From a virus (lineage: Duplodnaviria; Caudoviricetes), in IMG/VR virus record IMGVR_UViG_3300025610_000129, positions 1-25,191 of that record: DNA of 25,191 nt. One strand, 5' to 3'. Both the position numbers and the translations under genes were made by a program. Below are positions 16,289 through 24,712 of this stretch, piece by piece; position 1 is the first letter of the stretch; each line of letters begins with the position of its first letter. The notes under the pieces are model-generated. The model made no database searches. It was not told the DNA's origin and saw only the letters and a program-made list of their open reading frames with translations.

Positions 16289-16513
16289 TTAATCCCTACT
16301 CAATACTTTATCTAGCTTATCTTCTACCCGATGCAAAGCGTCCATAACCTTATTCATGTCGTCGCGCAGTTCCATGCGAGTTGCATAGTCTTCGCGTGTC
16401 CTGTTGATAAGGATACTCAGTCGCTTTTGCTCTTTGTTTTGTTCAGACAAGAACCAAGCCACTCCTGCTAATACTATGCCTAGCAGCACATCTATCAAGT
16501 TGGTGACTTCCAT
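16289..16513 (-). CDS. Single-TM small membrane protein, holin-like (74 aa)
   Basis: N-terminal hydrophobic helix LIDVLLGIVLAGVAWFL followed by a charged coiled coil. TGATG coupling to the upstream gene. Confidence 0.6.
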   Translation of the reverse strand: MEVTNLIDVLLGIVLAGVAWFLSEQNKEQKRLSILINRTREDYATRMELRDDMNKVMDALHRVEDKLDKVLSRD

Positions 16514-17085
16514 CAGATTGCATCAGGCCAGTCATTGATTGGTGCGTTACCCGTTGGATTACCGTCTGCATCTACAGGTGTATCAAACAAGGCAATGAAG
16601 GCATCCAAGTCTGCTGCTCCATCGATTGCAGTTTCGATTGTGTTGCTTGCAGCGCGGACATCGGTGCGGTATTGGCTAATATTTGCAGGGACTGAGTAAG
16701 CCGCTACTTCAGCAGCCTTAACAACGTGCCAGTCGGTTGGTGCAAGCAAGCCACCTGCCTGTTCTTTTGTACGTGCTTTGTGAATTGACTTGAGGCCAAG
16801 CGTAACCACTTGGTTTCCCTCAGAATCCAAAAGGGGATCACCGTTTTCATCGACTTCGTTGGTGTCAGTGAGGGAACGTGGTATCAACGTACCGTCTGCT
16901 TGGCGTCCCCAATAAAACCGACTATCGAAGGGTGCTTCGTTTGCAGGTGGCTCTTCCCACACGATATTGTAACGTGTTTTTGTTTCGGCAGAGTAGCGCA
17001 TCCACACTGCCGGATGCAACCGACCCGTTGAGTCTGTCCAAGCCTTTCCCGGCTTTAAGGTTTGTAGTCCATGTTTCCATGCCAT
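16513..17085 (-). CDS. Putative tail fibre assembly chaperone / fibre-associated protein (190 aa)
   Basis: LLAPTDW...QYRTDVR...WP pattern of Tfa-like chaperone C-terminal domains; lies immediately downstream of the lectin protein. AGGAG RBS. Confidence 0.65.
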   Translation of the reverse strand: MAWKHGLQTLKPGKAWTDSTGRLHPAVWMRYSAETKTRYNIVWEEPPANEAPFDSRFYWGRQADGTLIPRSLTDTNEVDENGDPLLDSEGNQVVTLGLKSIHKARTKEQAGGLLAPTDWHVVKAAEVAAYSVPANISQYRTDVRAASNTIETAIDGAADLDAFIALFDTPVDADGNPTGNAPINDWPDAI

Positions 17086-17096
17086 CGTCTTATCTC

Positions 17097-19673
17097 CTAT
17101 CGTGCGTTGGCGTATTTAAATGGGGCTTCGGCAAAAGCGAGGTAGATGAATGTGTCACCATTCTGGTTCATCTGCGCCTGACTACTGCGTATCTTGAAAC
17201 CGTTAGATGTAAAATCTACAAATGGTGTTAATGATGACGAACCAGTAACTTCAGCGGCAGATGTATTCGCAACAAGCCCCTTGTCAACGGCATTGTAAGT
17301 GTTTCTGGTATTGTCAATTATAGTCCATTGGCTACCGTTTGTAGACATCTTAGTCATAACCCACGCAGGTCTAAACCCAGTGTACACAAACGGCCCATCT
17401 GCGGAACCGTTGCCGACATAGGTGTCGACCTTGCTGTAGCCGGGAACGCTTTTGAAAACATACGCTACGTAATCATCTGGGGTTCCATTCACCCTCCCAA
17501 TACCAACACCGCCGTTTTTCAACGTAATTGTTGACGTACCTAATTGTTGATATCCAGTAGTTGGTGAAAATTCAGCCGCAGTAGTGTCCAAATTTAATGA
17601 TGTTCCGCTAGTAAACCCACTCCAGCACACATCCCAATTTGTTCCACTATCCCTATTCTTTACAATAGAAAATTCTGGGTCTGTAAGTCCGTGACCAACG
17701 GTTGCCCCATCCGTATTATTACCGACCCAAGTGACAATACTAAACCCAGCATCCTGATTAGCCGATACCTGTGAATCAATCGTGCCATCCTCATTGAGAA
17801 CTGCTGTGCCGCCAGCTTTCCAGTTCCAAGCGACGTGGGCATCTGTATAATAATTGTAGCTACGATTTGTTGCATCTGCGCCAAGAGTAAATCCATCCGC
17901 ATCAAAACTTGTTAAAGCATCTGTTTGCGCTGACTCTGCGGCAGTTGAGGCTGGGCGTAGTTGTGCATTAACACCACGAACACTGTCCGTGACTGAAGGT
18001 TCTTGTACTCCGGCTCTACGCTTAACAAAAACCCAATCAGGCTGAAACCCTACACCAGTGATACTTTGCGTTGCACCTGTGCCAGTATACAGCACCGTAT
18101 TAAAGTTCTGGTCACTCGTTGTGTCGCTGTTCGGGCCGATGGCTGGTTCTGGTAGGTTGGCTGAACACATCGCCAAGAAGCCGGATGGTACTGCGTACTT
18201 GAAGTCACCGTAGCCGTTTTCATCAGCATTGCCGCCAGCAGTGGTTGCGCCAGCAAAGGTGCTATCTTGACCAAAATTAATAGTTTTTGTTGTATTGGCA
18301 TTTTGGCCCCACCCTGCTTGCCAAGCAAACTTATAATCATCGTCAGCAATATCTGATGATGTGTAAGTTGATGAAGGGTTTGTGCCGTTTGCAGGGTCGC
18401 CAGCACCAGAGCCAACATCTACCCATTCGCCATTAATTGACCACCAAACTTTTCTATTATCAAAATCAACAGCACATCCAATTATATCGCCTGTTGTTGG
18501 TGCTCTTGCTCCAGACCACAAACCTGAATATGCAACAGAACTACTGGAATTATTGGTTTCACCAAAATCTAAAATTAAAACATTGCTTCCAGTAAAATAA
18601 CCAAAACCAGTGGTAACACCTTCAAAATCATTACCACCTGTCATAGTTGTTAAGCTATCTCTTGCTATCCAACCAATATACCAAGAAGGATAACCTTCAC
18701 TGTTAATATAAGTTTCTGTGTACCACTTACCACTTTGTACACCCATTGTTCCTGACATTTGGGCATAGTTACTAGCACCAGTGTCCATCTTCAAATTACC
18801 TTCACTAAGGTTATAAAGGGACTGTGCATTGCCCTTTTCTTGAAGACTATTCATTGTAGGGAAGTTATTAGTCGGGCTTTCACCGGACATCACATCGCTT
18901 GCGGCTAGGTTGTTGGCAGTAAAGTCATTGGTGTTGCCAGATAGGTCATCGCCTATTGCCGCACTGTCTGCGAATGACAGGTAGAAGCCGTTAGTATCAT
19001 ATGCGCCATCTGCTGTGTCGTATGCTTTTGGAACCCAGATGCCGTTGATGGTTTCGCCAAAGCTGGTAGCGTCTAGGGCAGTGCCGTCAATCATATTAAT
19101 TTCAGCCATATACCCATCAAAGTATCTGCCGAAATCTACAAACGAGCCTATTCTATGCTCAGTGTTAGAATTAACGTCTGTGACTAAATTTAGAGATGGA
19201 TAAGACGCTGATGAAAACGATGTAACTTGTTCACCGTTAATATATATTTTAACTCTATCTGTGCTTGTTGCTTGTGTCGTGTCTACAGACAAAACAAGAT
19301 GATACCAACTAGATACATCTCTGAAAACTTGATTAGTTTGTATAGCATAATTTGAGCCGCCACCGGAAATCTGAATCCTAAGTGCATCAGAATCTAATCT
19401 TATAAAGTTATAATTTCCAGCACTTCTGTCATTAACAGAAAAAAGAGTTGAGTATGTTAGACCTGTATTAGCAACTTTAAACCAGACACTATAGGTAAAA
19501 ATTTGACGATCACCATCAGAAGATGGTGTGCGGTTTAGATACGCACTATCGCCATCATTAAACCGCAGAGACTGGTCAATCGCATGACTACCTAAGATTC
19601 CACCACCAGCTAACGCTCCGCCGGGATCACCCGCACCGCCTAGCCCAGCACCATTTGCTTGAAGAATGCTCAT
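17097..19673 (-). CDS. Putative receptor-binding protein: LamG/concanavalin-A-like domain + SPRY-like domain + three-repeat C-terminal domain (858 aa)
   Basis: LamG-like: SLRFN..FTYSVWFK..WYHLVLSVD..KIYING..YFDGYMAE. SPRY-like: SGKWYTE..GDIIGCAVDFDNRKVWWSING. Three copies of a (F/Y)xxxx(Y/W)xG(N/T)...P...K unit follow. Confidence 0.8.
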   Translation of the reverse strand: MSILQANGAGLGGAGDPGGALAGGGILGSHAIDQSLRFNDGDSAYLNRTPSSDGDRQIFTYSVWFKVANTGLTYSTLFSVNDRSAGNYNFIRLDSDALRIQISGGGSNYAIQTNQVFRDVSSWYHLVLSVDTTQATSTDRVKIYINGEQVTSFSSASYPSLNLVTDVNSNTEHRIGSFVDFGRYFDGYMAEINMIDGTALDATSFGETINGIWVPKAYDTADGAYDTNGFYLSFADSAAIGDDLSGNTNDFTANNLAASDVMSGESPTNNFPTMNSLQEKGNAQSLYNLSEGNLKMDTGASNYAQMSGTMGVQSGKWYTETYINSEGYPSWYIGWIARDSLTTMTGGNDFEGVTTGFGYFTGSNVLILDFGETNNSSSSVAYSGLWSGARAPTTGDIIGCAVDFDNRKVWWSINGEWVDVGSGAGDPANGTNPSSTYTSSDIADDDYKFAWQAGWGQNANTTKTINFGQDSTFAGATTAGGNADENGYGDFKYAVPSGFLAMCSANLPEPAIGPNSDTTSDQNFNTVLYTGTGATQSITGVGFQPDWVFVKRRAGVQEPSVTDSVRGVNAQLRPASTAAESAQTDALTSFDADGFTLGADATNRSYNYYTDAHVAWNWKAGGTAVLNEDGTIDSQVSANQDAGFSIVTWVGNNTDGATVGHGLTDPEFSIVKNRDSGTNWDVCWSGFTSGTSLNLDTTAAEFSPTTGYQQLGTSTITLKNGGVGIGRVNGTPDDYVAYVFKSVPGYSKVDTYVGNGSADGPFVYTGFRPAWVMTKMSTNGSQWTIIDNTRNTYNAVDKGLVANTSAAEVTGSSSLTPFVDFTSNGFKIRSSQAQMNQNGDTFIYLAFAEAPFKYANAR

Positions 19674-19674
19674 A

Positions 19675-21162
19675 TTATGTTAATGCCCCTGATACAGAAA
19701 CCAAAACTCTATTGTCGCCCGTTGCGGCCTTTACAAAGTAGGCTAGGTGATATACACCAGCGGTAGACAAGCTGGTTAACGCATCTGCGTTAATAGCTAC
19801 CATAGCGTTGGCAGAAATTGTGCCGCCGCCAGTAGTTAAGAAGATGTTACCCGATTGACCAGCTACAGTGTTAGTAAAGGTGAGTTCATCGTCGCCTGTT
19901 GTAGTAGCTTGGAAGTTGGTGTTGTCAGCCAGATCAAACGTGATGACGTTGGTGCTTGGTGAGTCGGTTGTGATGGCATTGGTTCCGTCTGAACTCAAAG
20001 CACGTCCTGTTACCGTTACACCTGCAGCATCAATCTCTACTACAGTAGATGAAGTATCTTGTATTTTGATACTACCTACGCTACTCAAATTGTCTATGAT
20101 GCTATCTGTACCGTCGTGATAAATTTCTAGGTCGGTTCCTGCGCCAAGTTGAATTTTATCACTATCTCCACCTACAAAACCGTCGGATGTAACAGATCCT
20201 GTAATGCTGATATTGCCTGTACCAGTAATATCGTTGCTGTTAAGATCAAGACCGCCGCCAAGCTGTGGTGTAGTATCGTTTACAACATCCGTGCTTATTC
20301 CAGAAGTTATATCGTCATTAAATCCTGAAAGATTAATGTTTGCTTTTGTCAGCTTTCTTTGATCACCAAGTGAATCTACTACAACAAAGAAATCACCGTC
20401 TGTATCGTTTACTGATGTAGTTAATTCATCTAGGTCGAGAGAAAGTGTGTGCCCAATATTTTCACCGGATGTAGCACCTGTAGATGCTAAACCTGTTCCG
20501 GCTGTGATATCAGATACGTAGTCGCCTGTTGTATCCGTACCCAAAGCAACTGAGTTGGCTTGAATTGTAGCTGTGCCTGTTACGTTGCCTGAACCATCAA
20601 ATGAGGCAGATGTCCATACCACATCGCCTGTCATTCCAATTGTGCGGCCTGTTGCAAGGGTGGTAGCCGTATCGGCGTTACCAGTTACGTTACCCGTGAC
20701 GTTACCAGTAACATTACCTGTTACGTTGCCCGTTACGTTACCTGTGAGGGCGGCTGTTACTGTCCCTGCAGAAAAGTTACCACTTGCATCTCTAAATACG
20801 ATGGTGCTTGCTGTGTTGGCGTCGGTTGCATTAGATGTTACAGTAAACGTAGCACCTTCAGCATTTGCCGATCCGCTGATACCATTACCGGATGTAGCAG
20901 CTTGTTCAACGTAAGAACCTGTTGTTTTGGTTCCAAGTGCAACAGAGTTTGCTGCAACCTGTGTCGCCGTAACAGAATTAGCCGCCAAACCACTAGATGT
21001 GATAGGCGGTCCCTCTCCTGTTGTTCCATCGTGGCTATGACCTGTGGAAGCATTGAACGCAGCTACAATTGCGTCGAACTCACCATCCAAGTCAGCAGCG
21101 TTAATAACGTTACCATCCGCAATGTTGTTTGGGGTATCGTTACGAGTATATCCTGTACCCAT
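19675..21162 (-). CDS. Tail fibre protein (495 aa)
   Basis: N-terminal anchor GYTRND..IADGNVINAADLDGEFDAI directly after the nozzle gene. Thr/Gly/Asn-rich shaft with TGNV repeats, DTTPQLGG and DLEIYHDG fibre motifs. Confidence 0.82.
   Translation of the reverse strand: MGTGYTRNDTPNNIADGNVINAADLDGEFDAIVAAFNASTGHSHDGTTGEGPPITSSGLAANSVTATQVAANSVALGTKTTGSYVEQAATSGNGISGSANAEGATFTVTSNATDANTASTIVFRDASGNFSAGTVTAALTGNVTGNVTGNVTGNVTGNVTGNADTATTLATGRTIGMTGDVVWTSASFDGSGNVTGTATIQANSVALGTDTTGDYVSDITAGTGLASTGATSGENIGHTLSLDLDELTTSVNDTDGDFFVVVDSLGDQRKLTKANINLSGFNDDITSGISTDVVNDTTPQLGGGLDLNSNDITGTGNISITGSVTSDGFVGGDSDKIQLGAGTDLEIYHDGTDSIIDNLSSVGSIKIQDTSSTVVEIDAAGVTVTGRALSSDGTNAITTDSPSTNVITFDLADNTNFQATTTGDDELTFTNTVAGQSGNIFLTTGGGTISANAMVAINADALTSLSTAGVYHLAYFVKAATGDNRVLVSVSGALT
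20674..20745 (-). repeat. Coding tandem repeat, 6 x 12 nt, (TGNV)5-TGNA
   Basis: ACAGGTAACGTA / ACGGGCAACGTA / ACAGGTAATGTT / ACTGGTAACGTC / ACGGGTAACGTA / ACTGGTAACGCC read on the - strand. Confidence 0.95.
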
Positions 21163-21167
21163 ATCTA

Positions 21168-22700
21168 TTATCTCCTTCCATAGAGTCCGTATTGTATGGA
21201 CGCGGAGTCTATGGTAAATGTCGAGTCGGTTGTTTGACCTAGTGTTTCGTATAGGATTGATACGGTAAATCCTGAACCCGTTACTGGCTCATCGTAAATG
21301 TATCGGGCTTTGTTGCCGTACGAAGATGTGCCATATACACCTGCACCATAAACAACGGAACTTGCACTTGCGTTGTTTAGGGTAACTGGTAGTGGTTGCA
21401 CCGAACCTGTCTGGTCGAAGTCGTATTTAATTGACATCTGCAGTTCAAATGCACCGTCTGCATCGATGTAACTTGTGTTACGGAATACTGTCTTTCTCAA
21501 GTTAGGATCTTGGAGCGGAACGTACGGGGTTGCAAATGTTGCTGTGATGTTCGTTCCATCGAAAGTATTACCTTGTTCCATCCGATACACGTAATCTAAT
21601 TCGTTTGCAAAGTATATATATTCTGCGTTTCCATCGTATTCACTAAAAGCAACGTATGCTTTGAACCCACGAAGATCGTTCCACGATATACCTTCTTGTA
21701 GTTGCGTCCCAGCAATCGACTTTGCTCCCGAAGTCTGGTAAGTCGCGTTGTACCCAAAGATACGATACTGGCTTTTTTCTCTGATAACTACGCTGCTAAA
21801 AGAAGAACTGCTAGATATAAGATCTAACATTTCTGTTTGGATAGGCTTCGATATTACTCCTAGTGCAAAGTCACCCACACGATCCGTAGCTGAAAAAGTA
21901 CGCAAACCGTCTGGGCCTAAAAATATAATGTCACCGCCAATTTCCTGAATTGTATCCGCTGCGACACACCCTAAGTCTCTTGATACGGGCTGAAGGGTGA
22001 AGTCTGCAACACTGCTACCAACTAACCTGTTTATCTTATTTTCACTAAAGATAATTAGTTGTTCACGAAATACAATTAAGCCAGTTATATTATCAGCTAC
22101 GTTTATTATACCACCACCAGACGCACTTGTAAAGTCTGTATCGCTATATGGTGCAGAAAAAATAAGATTTTTACCATTTCCAAGAAAAATATGATTCTTA
22201 AAATTGACTATGTGCGTACATCCTAGCGTATCGTTAGGCAGTCCGGTTTCTTCTTGAAATACAAGATTGTTGAAGGTAAACGGCTTATTTCCAGAGTCCC
22301 CGTCCACAATCATAAGTTTTTCAGTGCCACCAAAATCGTACTTTAAAAATCTTACTTTACTAGATCCAGAACCTATGTTGACGCCCGTACTACTAAATGT
22401 AGCGTTGTCAGTTATTTCAGTCCAACCTGTACCAGCAGATCTGAATATACCATCTCCCCGTGCAGCGTACACATTTCCGCCGTACCTTTGTAATCCTCTT
22501 ATAACCCCGGAGTTTGGTACAGGATCACTGTCGTGCTTTTCAAATCCTTCGATTCTACGATACCCACCAAAAACCGACGGTTCAAAGTTTCTTAGTATTC
22601 GTGCACTTCCGGGTGCTGTAATACCATGCTGCAGTTGAGACAGATTGGTTATCAGGCCACCCTTCAGTTCGAATATGTTGGTATTCCAACGATCTGGCAT
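21168..22700 (-). CDS. Tail tubular protein B / nozzle (T7 gp12 / P22 gp10-like, 510 aa)
   Basis: Beta-propeller-like composition; GGL...N...GGYRRIEG N-terminus, ITGLIVFREQLIIF and LGCVAADTIQEIGGDIIFLGPDGLR. Follows the adaptor gene. Confidence 0.8.
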   Translation of the reverse strand: MPDRWNTNIFELKGGLITNLSQLQHGITAPGSARILRNFEPSVFGGYRRIEGFEKHDSDPVPNSGVIRGLQRYGGNVYAARGDGIFRSAGTGWTEITDNATFSSTGVNIGSGSSKVRFLKYDFGGTEKLMIVDGDSGNKPFTFNNLVFQEETGLPNDTLGCTHIVNFKNHIFLGNGKNLIFSAPYSDTDFTSASGGGIINVADNITGLIVFREQLIIFSENKINRLVGSSVADFTLQPVSRDLGCVAADTIQEIGGDIIFLGPDGLRTFSATDRVGDFALGVISKPIQTEMLDLISSSSSFSSVVIREKSQYRIFGYNATYQTSGAKSIAGTQLQEGISWNDLRGFKAYVAFSEYDGNAEYIYFANELDYVYRMEQGNTFDGTNITATFATPYVPLQDPNLRKTVFRNTSYIDADGAFELQMSIKYDFDQTGSVQPLPVTLNNASASSVVYGAGVYGTSSYGNKARYIYDEPVTGSGFTVSILYETLGQTTDSTFTIDSASIQYGLYGRR

Positions 22701-23378
22701 CTAAACCGCCCTTGCGTAAATATTCTCGTTTACGTTTTGTACACGCATACGCTTCATACCGTCTTCAAACTTACGAAATGATAGCTGTGCAGATTCTAGG
22801 TTGTCGCGGAACATGTATGCGTAATACATTCCGCCATCTACAATTACATGTCGGTAACGGAAAGGGATGGTAGGTACGTCAGTGTCGTTTACCAAATCTG
22901 CAGGATACATATAATATTCATACTTTACGGAATATGCTGCATCTGGAATAGGTGCAAAAATGATGTCGGTATCTTGTGCACGAACAACGTATTCTGGTGC
23001 ACTGCCTTGTGATGCTGCTTTGTATTCATCGTCGATATATCTAGAGACGTATTCATCGTAAGAAAGCTGACTTAGTTTACGTGCATTTTCAACGAGGGGT
23101 GTTGTACTACGTTCCAAGCGCACTGTATCAAAATCCACATACTTTGCGTTAGTTGGCAAAGGATACCGCATCTGACCTGCTGTCATAGTTATCGTATCAT
23201 AGTTATGATTGAAAGGCCAAGCAAAATGAGACTGGTTAACATCACGAATTGCAGCGTTTACAGAGTCCTTTAACTGTCCGTATACACCAGTAGCAGTAGA
23301 AAAGTTTGCCGATGTCAGTTCTGTTTCGTTCAACCGACGGGCAATATCATTCGTTAGTCCCAAGAAATCGTATGCCAT
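22701..23378 (-). CDS. Tail tubular protein A / head-tail adaptor (T7 gp11-like, 225 aa)
   Basis: FLGLTNDIARRLNE N-terminal helix, WPF, YPLP, PIPDAAY and DVPTIPFRYRHVIVDG, typical of podovirus adaptors; position supports the call. Confidence 0.8.
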   Translation of the reverse strand: MAYDFLGLTNDIARRLNETELTSANFSTATGVYGQLKDSVNAAIRDVNQSHFAWPFNHNYDTITMTAGQMRYPLPTNAKYVDFDTVRLERSTTPLVENARKLSQLSYDEYVSRYIDDEYKAASQGSAPEYVVRAQDTDIIFAPIPDAAYSVKYEYYMYPADLVNDTDVPTIPFRYRHVIVDGGMYYAYMFRDNLESAQLSFRKFEDGMKRMRVQNVNENIYARAV

Positions 23379-23702
23379 TTAATTTTTCTCCACTACGCGA
23401 AGCCGTGCTTCCTGTTCGAACACAGTCGAGATGCTGGTAGTCATACGGCAGATAATGTTGTATTCCTGAAAATTGGTTCCCAAACCTAAGTACAAAGTAG
23501 CTACCGTGTCGGTGTTTGTGTTTGTTACGTGCTGAAGTCCGTTGACAATATCGCCTTGTGCAAAAGTAATAAACGAACTTGTTGTTGCATCGTAGATCTT
23601 CCAAGCGACACTGCTAATAGTGTGTGTTTCTAAAATGTTGGTCCAGTCGATAGAATAATCTACCTGATCATCTGGATCTTTATCTTGCCACTTGATAGAC
23701 AT
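23379..23702 (-). CDS. Putative fibre-attachment adaptor (107 aa, KDPxxxxDYxxDW family)
   Basis: N-terminal KDPDDQVDYSIDW and an all-beta pattern; lies between a repeat fibre gene and the adaptor. Confidence 0.6.
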   Translation of the reverse strand: MSIKWQDKDPDDQVDYSIDWTNILETHTISSVAWKIYDATTSSFITFAQGDIVNGLQHVTNTNTDTVATLYLGLGTNFQEYNIICRMTTSISTVFEQEARLRVVEKN

Positions 23703-23704
23703 TG

Positions 23705-24250
23705 TTATGCAACCCTTCTTGCTTGTGATGGGGTTAGTATGAATGTTCGAACTTTACTATATCCAAGTACAGGAATGACTAAGTTTACGCCTGTGTACGT
23801 TCCTGCCCCGATAGATCCTGTCATACCAACAGATGTAACACGGTGTGTATTTGAGAAGGTAAGGCTACCAATTGAACCTGTAGCACTGACGCTAATCAAA
23901 CCTTCATCTGGATTTTCAAATACGGTATTAACAGAGCCTGTTGCAGATACACCGACAAGGATGGTTCCCGGATTAGCACGTACGCTTCCTACGCTTCCAG
24001 TTGCCGATACACCATCTATCTGCGTGGATGTCGATGGACCTTTAGGTATGACTCCGCCAGTTTCAGCCGTAGCGGACACACCAACAAGGCGTTCAGATAT
24101 GTCGATTTCAAATCCGTTGACAGCTACGGTTTGAACTTGGCCTGTGCCCTCGACTCCGCCGACTACTTGCGAAGGCGACGTGATACCGTAAGATGCAGCA
24201 CCGTATTGTCCGGTGCCATATAGGGCATCTGCAGTATCAAACGTAGCCAT
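23705..24250 (-). CDS. Short repeat-containing fibre-like virion protein (181 aa)
   Basis: Six approximately 21-aa units with core GVSATGSVG, and N-terminal YGTGQYGAASYG. Confidence 0.68.
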   Translation of the reverse strand: MATFDTADALYGTGQYGAASYGITSPSQVVGGVEGTGQVQTVAVNGFEIDISERLVGVSATAETGGVIPKGPSTSTQIDGVSATGSVGSVRANPGTILVGVSATGSVNTVFENPDEGLISVSATGSIGSLTFSNTHRVTSVGMTGSIGAGTYTGVNLVIPVLGYSKVRTFILTPSQARRVA

Positions 24251-24252
24251 GT

Positions 24253-24690
24253 TTAGGCTATCCGAATAACAGCGTTACTTGCGTCGGCTGCAGGGAATTC
24301 AATAGTCAAGTCACCTGCTGAAGCACTAACTGTGCCGCCAAAGTCGATTACAGCAATTGCTGCGTTACTTGCGGCAGTGTTGTAGATGATACAGCCATCA
24401 GCAGACAAGGTTACGTTGCTGAATACTTCGTCTGTAAAGTCAACGATTGCAGTAGTACCATCTGTTGAGATGGTTGCACCGTCAAGAACTTGACCACCAG
24501 CAGTGTATCCAGTCCCCGTTGCTTCGTCAGAGTTGCCTGTTACATCTGAATAGTTGGTTGTTGCTGCACCGTAAGTTCCGGTAGGGGAAGCTTTGATCAG
24601 TGCAAGTTTAAGAGAGTCTGTGTCGAGGTCGTGCGTACCGCCCAAAAGTTCAGACTTGAACGACGTGCACATCGCGGTTGTGATTGCCAT
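24253..24690 (-). CDS. Putative virion structural protein (fibre tip / decoration, 145 aa)
   Basis: MAITTAMCTSFKSELL..LKLAL..GTGYTAGG..IDFGG, Ala/Thr/Gly rich. Strong AAAGGAG RBS in the 24691-24712 spacer. Confidence 0.68.
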   Translation of the reverse strand: MAITTAMCTSFKSELLGGTHDLDTDSLKLALIKASPTGTYGAATTNYSDVTGNSDEATGTGYTAGGQVLDGATISTDGTTAIVDFTDEVFSNVTLSADGCIIYNTAASNAAIAVIDFGGTVSASAGDLTIEFPAADASNAVIRIA

Positions 24691-24712
24691 TGGGTTACTC
24701 CTTTAGGGCAGT

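Noticed and set aside
17097-19673. Diversity-generating retroelement or invertible tail-fibre switch
   Set aside because: I saw no reverse transcriptase, invertase, TR/VR pair or inverted crossover sites in this window; a self dot-plot would confirm.
15541-20445. 14-nt direct repeat AGGTCGAGAGAAAG at 15541 and 20432
   Set aside because: Both copies encode LSLDL inside genes. A single 14-mer match in 25 kb is compatible with chance and there is no third copy.
1830-21175. Recurring GGAGATAA upstream of starts at 1841, 17085 and 21162 as a phage regulatory motif
   Set aside because: Adequately explained as a Shine-Dalgarno plus an A/T-rich spacer.
23685-24134. 149-aa + strand ORF and similar antisense ORFs (6517-6954, 9199-9603, 11366-11758, 19868-20119, 20573-20914, 22267-22638)
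   Set aside because: They are codon-register shadows of well-supported - strand genes, with no RBS or independent motifs.
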